A stretch of DNA of 63,880 nucleotides, filler included, from Octopus bimaculoides (taxonomy: Eukaryota): NCBI RefSeq assembly GCF_001194135.2. It is 7 parts of 7 records of this genome, joined end to end, with 100 filler letters (N's around TTAATTAATTAA, not from the genome) between each part and the next. Parts side by side here need not be neighbours in the genome. Positions count along the whole stretch, not along the records: positions 20,847 to 40,708 come from NC_069006.1; 6 more parts are not named here. One strand, given 5' to 3'. The notes below the pieces were generated by a model. The model was not told where the DNA came from. It searched no databases and was given only the letters and a program-made list of their open reading frames with translations. Numbering within the stretch: the first letter of the stretch is position 1; every line of letters starts with the position of its first letter. Of the stretch, positions 26,381 through 38,886 are shown piece by piece. The position numbers and the translations under genes were made by a program.

Positions 26381-26382
<2 letters not shown>
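26048..26382 (+). mobile_element. SINE family D (tRNA head + MIR/CORE-like domain)
   Basis: A box tggctcagtgg, B box gagttcgattcc, then gtgttcttgagcaagacacttgatttcacattgctccagttcactcatctgtagaaatgag, which resembles the CORE consensus. Confidence 0.8.
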
Positions 26383-26424
<42 letters not shown>

Positions 26425-27067
26425 GACATATAAGACACACAAACATACACATATATATATATGTAATATATTCATAACACATTTAACACTAGTCGCGTGG
26501 GTTCACGGCTAGGGCGTTATACTCACAATTGCAAGATCGTGGTTTCGAATCCTGGACGGAGATATTTCTTGTACTGTTGAGCTAAAACAGCCGTCTAGGG
26601 TACATACGGTCATCTCGGCCACTTGTCCGCCATAGACCTACTCGTTTAACACGCAGGGTAGCATCATTTGAAAGCTACAACAACGTGAACACGCGCATTA
26701 TAATCAGTAGCGCATAATATCTGATTAAGAAAGTGATACACGTGTGCGCATACACACACACACACACACACTTATTCTTTTATACGTTTGAGCTCTAAGG
26801 CTGTGGCCGTGCTGGGACACCACCAGTGACTCATTTTTTCATATATAGTTTAAAACAGAGCGAGAAAAAACGTGTCGGGGTTAATTGTTACACACACACA
26901 CACACACACACATACAAACTCGAATACGAACACACACGTTTCAAAAGTGCAAAAAACAAAAGACAGCTGAGGTAACAACGAGCAGGTGCATTAGTTTGAC
27001 GCTTGGGAATAATGGAAAAGTCCTTGATCTTTCGAGCCTACGCTCTTCGACAAAGGATTGAGAGAAA

Positions 27068-27110
<43 letters not shown>

Positions 27111-27628
27111 AATGCGTCGGGATTAATGGTTCCACACACACACACGACACATACATAAACATTAAAATTTCAATTGCTTTTTCTGAGAATTCAAAACAAT
27201 ACTGGTTATAAGAAATTAGGTTTAGTGATTGTTTGTACTTTTATCTCGTACTTCAACATGTCAGAGTTAAGTCTCATTTTTCAGCAAATTTTCAGAGATC
27301 CGGTTTGTGAAACAGATTTCTTTTCTGTGTGTGTGTATGTCATACGTATTTATGGAAGATTGCTTTGCCCGCGCAGGGTAGCATTGTTATAAGAGCCAAT
27401 CAGCTGTGTGCTACTCGATTCTGCTGTGAATACGTGATTTGGTTTCATTTCCCGGTTCCCAATATTTCGTTTCGTGGTGTCAATGATAATGCTGGACGAT
27501 GATGACTATGATGAATATGATGTGATTCTGTTGACAATCAAGCTGCTGCTGATAATTATAGTGCGCTGATGTAACGATGCAGCTGATGATGAGGATGATG
27601 ATGATGATGGTGGTGGTAGCGTGATAAT

Positions 27629-27728
27629 AACAGCAGTGATCGTGTTAAACAAAGCCCGGTTACGCTAACCTGCTGTAAATCGGCTGCAATTAATTTCAAA
27701 TCGCTTACGTATTACATCGATAAGCGGT
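27629..27728. repeat. Second copy of the 100-bp duplicated block
   Basis: See 23830-23929. Confidence 0.95.
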
Positions 27729-27857
27729 GAGGGATAACATCACGCACGGACATACATATACACAGACGTACACTCACGCATATACACAAGACAAACACAT
27801 ACACGTACTCGCAAATATATATATACATACACACGTGCACATATACATACATTTATA

Positions 27858-28000
27858 ACTGGTCACTCCGTCGGTCGCGACGATGAGTGTTCTTGTTGAT
27901 CCTCTCAACGGAACAAGTTGCTCGCGAAATTAACGTTCAAGTGAGTAAGCACTCCGCAAGACACGCATAACCTTCACGTAGTTCTCAGGGAGACTGGAGT
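27858..28000 (-). mobile_element. SINE family C 3' part
   Basis: cactccgtcggtcgcgacg...gaaattaacgttcaagtgagtaagcactcc. Confidence 0.75.
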
Positions 28001-28029
28001 AAAGTGCATATATATATATATATATATAT

Positions 28030-28322
28030 ATATTCTTCTATTTGTTTGTCATTTGACTGAGGCCAGGCTGGAGCACCACCTTTAGTCGAACAAATCGGCC
28101 CCAGGACTTATTCTTTGTAAGCCTAGTACTTATTCTATCGGTCTCTTTTGCCGATCTGCTAATGTTACGGGGACGTAAACACACCAACATCGGTTGTCAA
28201 GCAACGGTGGGAGGTTAAACACACACACACACACACACATATAAACGATGGGCTACTTTCAGTTTTCCGTCTACCGAATCCACTCACAAAGGTTTGGTCG
28301 GCCCGAGGCTGTAGTAGAATAA
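28030..28322 (-). mobile_element. SINE family A
   Basis: gtcatttgactg...ggagcaccacctttagtcg...ctttcagttttccgtctaccgaatccactcac. Confidence 0.85.
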
Positions 28323-28836
28323 TGCCACTATTTCCGCTACTACATCCAACTTCAACACGGCCATTGCTAATGCTATCACCACAATCATCACTACAGCCGT
28401 GGTCACCACCACCACCAACAACAACAACACAAGAACCATCTCCACCATGACTACCATCAACAACAACAATACAAGCAACACTAGTACCACCATTACCACT
28501 ACCACCTACACGACGACCACCACTACTACCACCACCGCAACAACTTCAACCAACACCAGCAACAATACCACTAACAACCACCACCACTGACTATAAACAT
28601 TAATGCGAAAGTCATCACCACCACCAACAACAACAACAGCAGCAGCAGCAGTTCCAGCACCTCGACCCATAGTAGTGGTAGCAGCGGTGGCAGCACCGCC
28701 ACCTCCGCCATGACTATTGCTGCTACGTTCTTGGATGTGCAAATTCTTCAGCCCAGATAATTTCTGGGATTAAAATAAATGTGTTTGGACTGTTTCCAGG
28801 GAGAAACTCTATTTAGTGTTAGTAGGGTGTAGCTGA

Positions 28837-28894
<58 letters not shown>

Positions 28895-28992
28895 CATGCC
28901 TCCATACATACATATATATATATATATATACATAAAATACATAAATACGTACATACATGTGTCTATCTCCCGTCTATCCCTTTCTCTCTCTG

Positions 28993-29025
<33 letters not shown>

Positions 29026-29211
29026 GCATACACACATTGTTTAGAGAGAGAGAGAGAGAGAGAGATAGGGAAAGAAGAGGGGAGAGAGGGAGATAAGGAA
29101 AGCGGGAGTGAGAGTGAGTAGGAGAGTGACAGAGAATAGAAGAGAAAAGTGGCGCAGTGGGAGGGAAAAAGTGAGTAGGGAGCTGCCTCACAACCAGTTG
29201 TTAGGTTAGGA

Positions 29212-29522
29212 TCGCCACACTCCGTCGGTTACAACGAGTCTACCAGTTGATTTGACCAATGAAACAGCCCGCTTGTGAAATTAACGTGCGAGTGGTTGAG
29301 TACTCCACAGAGAAGCATACCCTTAACGTAGTCCTCAGCGAGAGTCAGCGTGACACAGAATGTGACAAGGCTGGGCCCTTTGAATTACAGGTACTACTCA
29401 TTTTTTGCCGGCTGAGTGGACTGGAGAAACGTGAAATAAAGTGTCTTGCTCAAGGTCAACAACACGCTACCGGGTTTCGAAATCTCGAGCTGAGTATCCT
29501 AAACACTTCGCTACGCGCCTTC
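29212..29522 (-). mobile_element. SINE with family C 3' body and CORE-like head
   Basis: Body as in 18228. The right part aaagtgtcttgctcaagg is the reverse complement of the CORE-like motif. Confidence 0.75.
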
Positions 29523-29610
<88 letters not shown>

Positions 29611-29694
29611 GCACGCACACAATGACAAAGACATTTAAATATAGTGCCCTAGAATGACCGCGTTGAACTGGCTAAAACCAGTAAAAAGTTTTGA

Positions 29695-29985
29695 GTGCGT
29701 TATTCTTCCTCTCAACACACGGCTATGTTGCTCCCCAACTACTTCTGCTCCTGATCAGCGATGCACATATCGTCAGCCACCAAGGGACATGCTCAACTGG
29801 TTAAGGTCAAACAACTGACAAGCAAATCTTTGTGGTATTGAGCAGAATATTTGCAGTAGCCCATCTTTTATACGAAGACAAAACAATGTCCATGATAACA
29901 CTTCGAATCAGTTTAAGGTCAGAAGCCATGAGAGCCACTGCCTGGTACTGCATCCGGGCGTTTATTATTATTATTATTATTATTA
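29695..29985 (+). mobile_element. Repeat family E, ending in (TAT)n
   Basis: Reverse complement of 22628-22890. Confidence 0.8.
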
Positions 29986-30678
29986 CCTAACTGCGCGCGC
30001 ACACACACACACACACACGGACCCTCTTCTTCCTTGTCTGTCAACACTAATGAATGAAATTACAAAATGACAATCAGACCGAGATAGAGAGGAGAGAAAA
30101 AGAAAACAAATAAAAGTTAAATCAATAACGAAACGCCGAAGTTCGTCNNNNNNNNNNNNNNNNNNNNNNNNNNNNNNNNNNNNNNNNNNNNNNNNNNNNN
30201 NNNNNNNNNNNNNNNNNNNNNNNNNNNNNNNNNNNNNNNNNNNNNNNNNNNNNNNNNNNNNNNNNNNNNNNNNNNNNNNNNNNNNNNNNNNNNNNNNNNN
30301 NNNNNNNNNNNNNNNNNNNNNNNNNNNNNNNNNNNNNNNNNNNNNNNNNNNNNNNNNNNNNNNNNNNNNNNNNNNNNNNNNNNNNNNNNNNNNNNNNNNN
30401 NNNNNNNNNNNNNNNNNNNNNNNNNNNNNNNNNNNNNNNNNNNNNNNNNNNNNNNNNNNNNNNNNNNNNNNNNNNNNNNNNNNNNNNNNNNNNNNNNNNN
30501 NNNNNNNNNNNNNNNNNNNNNNNNNNNNNNNNNNNNNNNNNNNNNNNNNNNNNNNNNNNNNNNNNNNNNNNNNNNNNNNNNNNNNNNNNNNNNNNNNNNN
30601 NNNNNNNNNNNNNNNNNNNNNNNNNNNNNNNNNNNNNNNNNNNNNNNNNNNNNNNNNNNNNNNNNNGGGAAAGAGAGA

Positions 30679-30711
<33 letters not shown>

Positions 30712-30712
<1 letters not shown>

Positions 30713-30925
30713 CGAAATATCCTTTTCTACTCTAGGCACAAGGTCCGAAATTTGGGGGGAGGAGGGGCAGTCAATTAGATCGAGTCCAGTACGCAACTTT
30801 TACTTAATTTATCGACCCTGAAAGGATGAAAGGCAAAGTCGACCACGGCGGAATTTGAACTCAGAACATAAAGACAGACGAAATACCGCTAAGCATTTCG
30901 TCCTGTGTGCTAATAACGTTTCTGC
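30712..30925 (-). mobile_element. SINE family F, near full length
   Basis: ttttctactctaggcacaagg...gaatttgaactcagaac...aaataccgctaagcatttcg. Confidence 0.85.
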
Positions 30926-31174
30926 CTTTGAAATGGTTTCAGGTCTTGGTAACAATGCCAATAAGTTTGCACGAAAGGGGGAAAGTCAATTACATGGACC
31001 CAATCCTTGACTGATACTGTATCTTATCGACTTCGAACAGATGAAAGGTAAAGCAATTAGAAACGTAATGTTTTCATCAGCAGAGAAACAAGGAAGACAA
31101 CTCTTGAGAAAATTGTATGTAGAGCAGTTGATTAGCATTAGAAGTGTTGAAATAAGTAACATATAAATATAAGA

Positions 31175-31572
31175 GTGATGGCACATGGCTCAGTGGTTAG
31201 AGTGTCGAGCTCACAATCATGCGGTAGTGAGTTCGATTCCCGGACCGGTCTGTATGTTGTGTTCTTGAGCAAGGCACTTGATTTTCACGTTGCCCCAGTT
31301 CACTCAGGTGAAGAAATAAGTTGCGACGTCACAGGTGCCAAGCTGTTGTCGGCCCCTTTGCCTTTTCTCTTGGATAACATCAGTGGTGTGGCGCGTGGAG
31401 GCTGGTGTGGAGTGGGGAGGCTGGTGTGGAGACGGGAAGCTGGTTGGCGAGGGGAGGCTGGTATGCATGAGCGACTGCTGGCCTTCCATAAACAACCTTG
31501 TCCAGACTTGTGCCTCAGAAGGGAAATTTGTAGGTGCAATCCTATGGTCATTCATGACCAAAAGGGCTTCTT
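31175..31572 (+). mobile_element. SINE family D with internal triplicated ggaggctggt segment
   Basis: Collinear with 26048-26382, plus an expansion at 31390-31465. Confidence 0.85.
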
Positions 31573-31860
31573 TCCTTAATATAAAACTAACAATAAAGAA
31601 AAAAAGAAATCAAGCAAGCAATAAAAGCAATACCAGAAAGGAATCACCCAGAACAGGTGCAGACGAGGATCTGTGGTAAGACGTTTGGCTCCCATCGAAA
31701 AGGGTCCAGGTTCAGTTTCTAGCAGCAACCCTATGATCATTCATGACCGAAGGGGGTCTTTACTCTAGGGGTTACCAGACACATTTGTTTGTATGTCTCT
31801 ATACTCGGAAGGGATCTCACGAAACAACTCCGAAGTGAAAAGATAGCCTCAGTCCCTCAC

Positions 31861-32003
31861 CTCCATGGAACATCTTAGAATTCATCGATAGTCGTCAAGA
31901 ATAATCATAATTTCAATTAATTGCCTCAAAATATCCCATAAAGTACAAATTCTCGAAACAGGTGTAAAACGCTTATCGGAATCTAAATCGAAAATTCCGA
32001 GAA
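31861..32003 (-). other. Candidate host exon (5' UTR or non-coding, possible ATG near its end)
   Basis: Long polypyrimidine tract + CAG acceptor (32004-05) and GAG|GTGAGG donor (31859-60). All frames contain stops. ATG-TTC-CAT-GGA-G precedes the donor. Confidence 0.3.
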
Positions 32004-32370
32004 CTGAGTGATGCAACAAGTTTACAACAGAAAATCGAAGAAAAGAAAACAAAACACATCGTTGCTCTTTCACTATCATTGTCGTAGCACCAAAGCTGCT
32101 CGTTGTGTCAACGTAACCACCACCACCACCACCATCACCTCCAACGCAGCAGCAACTACCACCACCACCGCCGCCATCACCAGGTTTGCTACTAACAACA
32201 TCCAAATCCACAACCACAAGCACCGCCACCACTGCTACACACCGCCATTACTATCGCTACAACTGTCATCGCTACGTACGCCACCACGACAAGAAACAAC
32301 ATACACACAACCACTAACCACCACTACCACTACTATTACCACTACCACCTACACTACTACTACTACAGCT

Positions 32371-32478
32371 ACTACTAACACCAGTACCAGCACCTTCACC
32401 ACCATTACTAGAACTACTACACCTACTACTAACACCAGTACCAGCACCTTCACCACCATTACTAGAACTACTACACCT
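32371..32478. repeat. 54-bp tandem duplication (2 perfect copies)
   Basis: actactaacaccagtaccagcaccttcaccaccattactagaactactacacct x2. Confidence 0.9.
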
Positions 32479-32766
32479 ACTACTACTACTAGAAATAACA
32501 TACAACCACTAAGTACCATTACCACTACTTAACATTCATTATGTACACCTCGCCCACCGACTCCGCCACCGCCGATTCTCTGCACCGCCTTCAGCGCTAC
32601 AACAGCGTTCAGCCTACAATGTATTTTTAGAAAAACACAGATTTAGAAATTTTTTTTCCTTGTAAAATTGAATAAGAACGCCAAGATTCAGAAAAGCATG
32701 ACATTCTAGTAGATTCCTGAAGACTACACGTAAAACTAACGAGAAAATCGCATACACCGCATGTAT

Positions 32767-32797
<31 letters not shown>

Positions 32798-33867
32798 CAC
32801 ACACACGTGTTTGTATTTCGCTGTATGTACACACATACATATATCCATATATTCAACGACATACTAATATATATATATATATATATATATCATCCAAATA
32901 TACGCATATACCTATATGGATATACACATAAACATACATACGTACACACACAGAGGCATAGCTCTCACACATATATATGAAAAACACACAACACACAAAC
33001 GTGCATACGAACGCAATATATTTCCCGGAGAAATTTTAAAAATCCTCAGCGTATTCAAAAAAAAAAANNNNNNNNNNNNNNNNNNNNNNNNNNNNNNNNN
33101 NNNNNNNNNNNNNNNNNNNNNNNNNNNNNNNNNNNNNNNNNNNNNNNNNNNNNNNNNNNNNNNNNNNNNNNNNNNNNNNNNNNNNNNNNNNNNNNNNNNN
33201 NNNNNNNNNNNNNNNNNNNNNNNNNNNNNNNNNNNNNNNNNNNNNNNNNNNNNNNNNNNNNNNNNNNNNNNNNNNNNNNNNNNNNNNNNNNNNNNNNNNN
33301 NNNNNNNNNNNNNNNNNNNNNNNNNNNNNNNNNNNNNNNNNNNNNNNNNNNNNNNNNNNNNNNNNNNNNNNNNNNNNNNNNNNNNNNNNNNNNNNNNNNN
33401 NNNNNNNNNNNNNNNNNNNNNNNNNNNNNNNNNNNNNNNNNNNNNNNNNNNNNNNNNNNNNNNNNNNNNNNNNNNNNNNNNNNNNNNNNNNNNNNNNNNN
33501 NNNNNNNNNNNNNNNNNNNNNNNNNNNNNNNNNNNNNNNNNNNNNNNNNNNNNNNNNNNNNNNNNNNNNNNNNNNNNNNNNNNNNNNNNNNNNNNNNNNN
33601 NNNNNNNNNNNNNNNNNNNNNNNNNNNNNNNNNNNNNNNNNNNNNNNNNNNNNNNNNNNNNNNNNNNNNNNNNNNNNNNNNNNNNNNNNNNNNNNNNNNN
33701 NNNNNNNNNNNNNNNNNNNNNNNNNNNNNNNNNNNNNNNNNNNNNNNNNNNNNNNNNNNNNNNNNNNNNNNNNNNNNNNCATAGCTTTCCTTTGTGCTTA
33801 ATCTACAGAATTAAATCTGTTTCGGTTCTCGTCGAAACTGCTCACAACTAGTAAGTGTGTGTATATA

Positions 33868-34255
33868 TTCTTTTATTCTTTTACTTGTTTTAGTCATTTG
33901 ACTGCGGCCATGCTGGAGCACCGCCTTTAGTCCAACATGTAGAAGCCAGGACTTATTCTATGTAAGCCTAGTACTTATTCTATCAGTTTCTCTTGCCGAA
34001 CCGCTAAGTTACGGGGACGTTAACACGCCAACATCGGTTGTCAAACGATGCTTGTCAAGCGATGGGGGAAACACACACACACACACATATGACGGGCTTC
34101 TTTCAGTTTCCGTCTACTAAATCCACTCGCAAGGCGTTGGTCGGTCCGAGGCTGTAGCAGAAGACACTTGCCCAAGGTGCCACGCAGTGGGACTGAACCC
34201 AGAACCATGTGATTGAGAAGCAAGCTTCTGACTTCACAGCCACTCCTGCGCCTAT
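33868..34255 (-). mobile_element. SINE family A, full length
   Basis: Complete head (cagccactcctgcgcc reverse complement), body and tail. Confidence 0.9.
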
Positions 34256-34295
34256 ATATATATATGTTCTTTTCTTGTCTTTTTCTCCGTTTTGA

Positions 34296-34340
<45 letters not shown>

Positions 34341-34746
34341 ATTCATTTGCTTATAACTGTTGTAAATTTATCGATAAAAATAAATAAGAAAAAAAATCCA
34401 CTGGGAAAATTTATAAACAACGGAAACGCTGTTAAAAGTAACTACTTGTTCGGACATTAACTTCTTGTTCGGAAATTACAAGAAGGAAATTACAACTTGT
34501 AATGAATTCAAGTTGGGAAAAACAAAAAAAGGAAGAAAGAAGTGAACTGATGGGAAGTCCGAATTGCATTCTGGGAAGGCAGAGAATCCGAGAAGTGGAT
34601 AAACCGACAACGACCCAACGGGCAATGATCACCAAGCGTGCTTGACGATTCGGAAGCTGCTGGACACGCTACGGTATGGAAGAAAAACTCGTCAAAGGAC
34701 GAGTTAAATCAGGACTGGCAATGACCACTTAATCAAAGAGTATATA

Positions 34747-35197
34747 CCGTAAATCCTCGAGTATAGTCCGCCCTTGAGTATAATACGCAGGGGATTTTTA
34801 GGGGGCTGTACCTCTGAAGAACCTTAACCTTGTGTATAATACGCACCCCTTCTCTAACTTCAGTCAAGGAGGTCTATATAATGTCCTTGGTTTGTAAACG
34901 TATATACGGTAATGTCCTTTATTGTTATTGATATATATACAGTAAAGTTCTTTATTATTATTGTATATATAACATAATGCAAACGTGTAGCTTTTTTGTG
35001 CATTTTGTTTGCAGAAAATAAAGAAATAACAGTAATAACGTCAATGAAAAATAAACATTAAGTAAATTGCCTTTACATATTTATCACTTAGAAAATTTTG
35101 CTTAGAAAATATTTTTCATTTTTAACCTCGTATATAGTACGCACTAGAAATTTAAATTTTGGGAAAAGAAGTGCGGATTATACTCGAAGATTTACGG
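34747..35197. mobile_element. Tc2/pogo-type MITE (CCGTA... TIRs, TA TSD)
   Basis: ccgtaaatcctcgagtatagtccgc versus gcggattatactcgaagatttacgg (25 bp, 2 mismatches), TA on both sides. Confidence 0.9.
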
Positions 35198-35201
35198 TAT
35201 C

Positions 35202-35690
35202 TGTTGCGGCGGACGCCCTCAGGTGGGCTGGCCCACTATTAATAAATAGTGGATTGATACTGTCGGTAGTGTCAGTCAGCGAGGTACGCTGTTCCGGTCA
35301 GTCCTGCAGAGACGACGAAATGCGTCGTTATAATGCGGTACGTAACAATAATAAATGAAAAAAAAAATTTATTGTAAATAAATAACGACAGGGTAAAAAC
35401 GTACAGCGTTTACTGAGTGTGCAACTGGACAGGAGAAAAACACAGAAGGTCCCCAATTCTTCACCCGTTATCAACCAGATGGTATTACGCAGTTTCGCAT
35501 CTTCAATGACAAAACTGAGAACCTTCCACGCTGGCGGCGCCAGTTGCGGAGAATATAGAGCCGAGAGTAAGCAAAACAATGCAGAGTGGACGCACGAAAG
35601 TGAATAGGTATAGTTTAAGACGACGGATAAAGACGAAACAAACAAGAAAGGAACAAAATATAGCCTCAGGGCCAAAAAGACAAGCAGTTT
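35202..35690 (-). mobile_element. Possible solo LTR-like sequence
   Basis: The minus strand ends in ...CGCAACA with an upstream AATAAA. No matching TSD or 5' TG boundary found. Confidence 0.25.
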
Positions 35691-35867
35691 AGCAAAAGAA
35701 ACCGGAAGAATTTATACCACACTTTACAGAAAAATATGAGTATTGGGGTCGATTCGTTCGATGAAAATTCTTTAAGGCGGTGCTCCAGCAAGGCCGTAGT
35801 CTAATCGACTGAAACAAGTATAACAATAAAAGTATATATATATGTATACACACACACACACACACGC

Positions 35868-36043
35868 ATAGGTGCAGGCGTGGGTGTGTAGTGAGAAGTT
35901 TGCCCCTGCGTGGTGCCACCTTGGGCAAGTGTCTTCTGCTATAGCCTCGGGCCGACCAAGTTTATGAGTGGATTTCGGAAACGGAAACTGAAAGAAGCCC
36001 GTCGTATATATATGTGTGAATGTGTGTGTTTGTGAGTACGGGT

Positions 36044-36082
<39 letters not shown>

Positions 36083-36262
36083 TGTGTTTGCCACTCCCAT
36101 CACTGCATGACATCTGGTGTTGATGTCTTTATATCCCCGTAACTTTGCAGCTCGGCAGATATACCGATGTAATAAGTACAAGGCTTGCAAAGAATAAGTC
36201 CTGGAGTCGATTTGTTTCACTAAAATCCTTCAAAGTAATGCTCCGGCATAGCCGCAGCCAAA
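35868..36262 (+). mobile_element. SINE family A (a preceding 3' fragment lies at 35725-35830)
   Basis: ggtgcaggcgtggg...ccttgggcaagtgtcttctgctatagcctcgggccgacc. Confidence 0.85.
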
Positions 36263-36879
36263 NNNNNNNNNNNNNNNNNNNNNNNNNNNNNNNNNNNNNN
36301 NNNNNNNNNNNNNNNNNNNNNNNNNNNNNNNNNNNNNNNNNNNNNNNNNNNNNNNNNNNNNNNNNNNNNNNNNNNNNNNNNNNNNNNNNNNNNNNNNNNN
36401 NNNNNNNNNNNNNNNNNNNNNNNNNNNNNNNNNNNNNNNNNNNNNNNNNNNNNNNNNNNNNNNNNNNNNNNNNNNNNNNNNNNNNNNNNNNNNNNNNNNN
36501 NNNNNNNNNNNNNNNNNNNNNNNNNNNNNNNNNNNNNNNNNNNNNNNNNNNNNNNNNNNNNNNNNNNNNNNNNNNNNNNNNNNNNNNNNNNNNNNNNNNN
36601 NNNNNNNNNNNNNNNNNNNNNNNNNNNNNNNNNNNNNNNNNNNNNNNNNNNNNNNNNNNNNNNNNNNNNNNNNNNNNNNNNNNNNNNNNNNNNNNNNNNN
36701 NNNNNNNNNNNNNNNNNNNNNNNNNNNNNNNNNNNNNNNNNNNNNNNNNNNNNNNNNNNNNNNNNNNNNNNNNNNNNNNNNNNNNNNNNNNNNNNNNNNN
36801 NNNNNNNNNNNNNNNNNNNNNNNNNNNNTATATATATATTTATATATATACACACACATATATATATATATATATATGT

Positions 36880-37085
36880 CTATATGTCTGTTTGTCCCCC
36901 ACCTCTTCACAACCGATGTTGGTGTGTTTACGTCCCCGTAGCTTAGCGGTTCGGCAAAAGACATCGATAGAATAAGTACTAGGCTTACAAACAATAAGTC
37001 CTCGGATCGATTTGTTCGACTTAAAGGCGGTGCTCCAGCATGGCTGCAGTCAAATGACTGCAGCAAGTAAAAGAATAAAAGAATA
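36880..37085 (+). mobile_element. SINE family A 3' half
   Basis: ttagcggttcggcaaaag...ggcggtgctccagcatggctgcagtcaaatgactg. Confidence 0.85.
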
Positions 37086-37405
37086 TATATATATATATAT
37101 ACATATATATAATCGACATGTCAAAAGCTCACTCAGCTATTATCATGCCGCCATGACACCTTACGTATATATATTTCATTGTAGCAATTATATAATAAAT
37201 GAGTTGATTTCAATTAAAAAACCCGTTAAATTTACGTGAACTATTTTTGCATTAATTAACGTCAGTATTTTTGTTTGAAATATAACTTGACATTTTCTTG
37301 TTTCTTTTCATTTTTTTATACAAATATTAATCGATAATTAAAATTATAGGAGTACACCTTAAAGTAGTCTACAATTATACATATATATACATACATACAC
37401 ACACA

Positions 37406-37436
<31 letters not shown>

Positions 37437-37851
37437 ACATATGTATGTTTGTATATGTATACACAGACAACCACACGCTCATACACTCTTATACATTTAT
37501 GTATATATATACATATTCACATACATCGAAACACATGCACACACACACACACACAGAGTTTACGTTTACTCAAACATACACATAGAAACATACACACACA
37601 TAAGTATGTATATGGACATATATACACATGTACATATGCATAGAATGATATTTATATGAACACGCGTACATGCATATATATATATAGTATATATCATGTA
37701 CACTCACACACATGTATATAAACACATGCATACATATACCCACATGCACACGTTTATACATATACATACGTAATATACATACATGTGTACATATAAATAT
37801 GCCCATACCTATAGTAGCATACGCATGAAATTATGAAAATACACAGACACA

Positions 37852-37888
<37 letters not shown>

Positions 37889-38520
37889 GCACATACATAC
37901 ACACAAGCATACAGGCATACATACATACAGTCGTTGACTGGTGTCTATCGATAAATCAATAACATGTAACCTGGCTTTATTAAATACCTGTCATTGGGTT
38001 TTCTTTTTCATATTAATTGGAAATAATAATAACAATAATAATAATAATAATGATGATAACAACAACAACAACAACAACAATGATAATTAAAGTTCAAAAA
38101 ACACCAAATTAGTTGATAAATAAAAATAGCATACTACCACACATACACTCATACACGCACACACTTCAGTATGATCATCTTCCCACCACCGCCAGACACA
38201 AACATGTGCAATATTCCACGAATTATATTGATTTTTCATTGGCATTTGTAATTTTTCAATGATTTTTATTCTCAATTCGTATTTGCTTTTCTTCGGTGTT
38301 TTGGTATCTTTTTAAAAGAGATTCTAAAATTGTCACGTGATTATACATATACATATACATCTGTGTCTGTCTGTCTGTCTGTCCGTCCATTCACCATCTA
38401 TCTATCTATCTATCTATCTCTTTCCATACATCTATCCATTTGCCTCTGTACCTGTACTTACGTGCTTGTACATTATTTACGTTTGACGGATGTTTGTCCT
38501 CATCTTGTTTGTTGTTAATA

Positions 38521-38562
38521 TAATGTTTCGGCTGATATACCCTCCAGCCTTCATCAGGTGTC
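38521..38562 (-). ncRNA. Minimal type I hammerhead ribozyme-like motif (degenerate copy)
   Basis: GACAC CUGAUGA A GGCUG-10nt-CAGCC GAAA CAUU AUAUU; G16.2 changed to A. Confidence 0.45.
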
Positions 38563-38840
38563 TTGGGGAAATTTCGAACCTGGGTTCTCATTCCTAAGGT
38601 ATTTTTCGATGTTATTATTATTCAGGTCACTGCCTGGAATCGAACTCGGAATCTTGGGGTTAGTAGCCCGCGGTCTTAACCCCTACGCCTTATGCCTGTG
38701 GGCATATGGCGTAGCGGTTAAGATTCCGAGTTCGATTCCAGGCACTGAACTGAACAACAAAAACAACAACAACAACAACAATAATAACAACATCGAAAAA
38801 TACCTTAGGAATGAGAACCCAGGTTCGAAATTTCCCCCAA

Positions 38841-38886
38841 GACACCTGATGAAGGCTGGAGGGTATATCAGCCGAAACGTTATATT
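38841..38886 (+). ncRNA. Minimal type I hammerhead ribozyme-like motif
   Basis: GACAC CUGAUGA A GGCUG GAGGGUAUAU CAGCC GAAA CGUU AUAUU. Intact core, 5-bp helix II, ACGU palindromic helix III; helix I weak. Confidence 0.6.

Noticed and set aside
30122-30796. ORFs spanning N runs or (TA)n/(CA)n tracts (YIYI, HTHT, CVCV, XXXX)
   Set aside because: Artefacts of gaps and dinucleotide repeats.
38626-38750. Functional tRNA genes
   Set aside because: Only A/B boxes and part of the cloverleaf are kept, there is no acceptor stem, and the sequence runs into a SINE body. The same applies to the heads at 18560-18600, 26048 and 31180.
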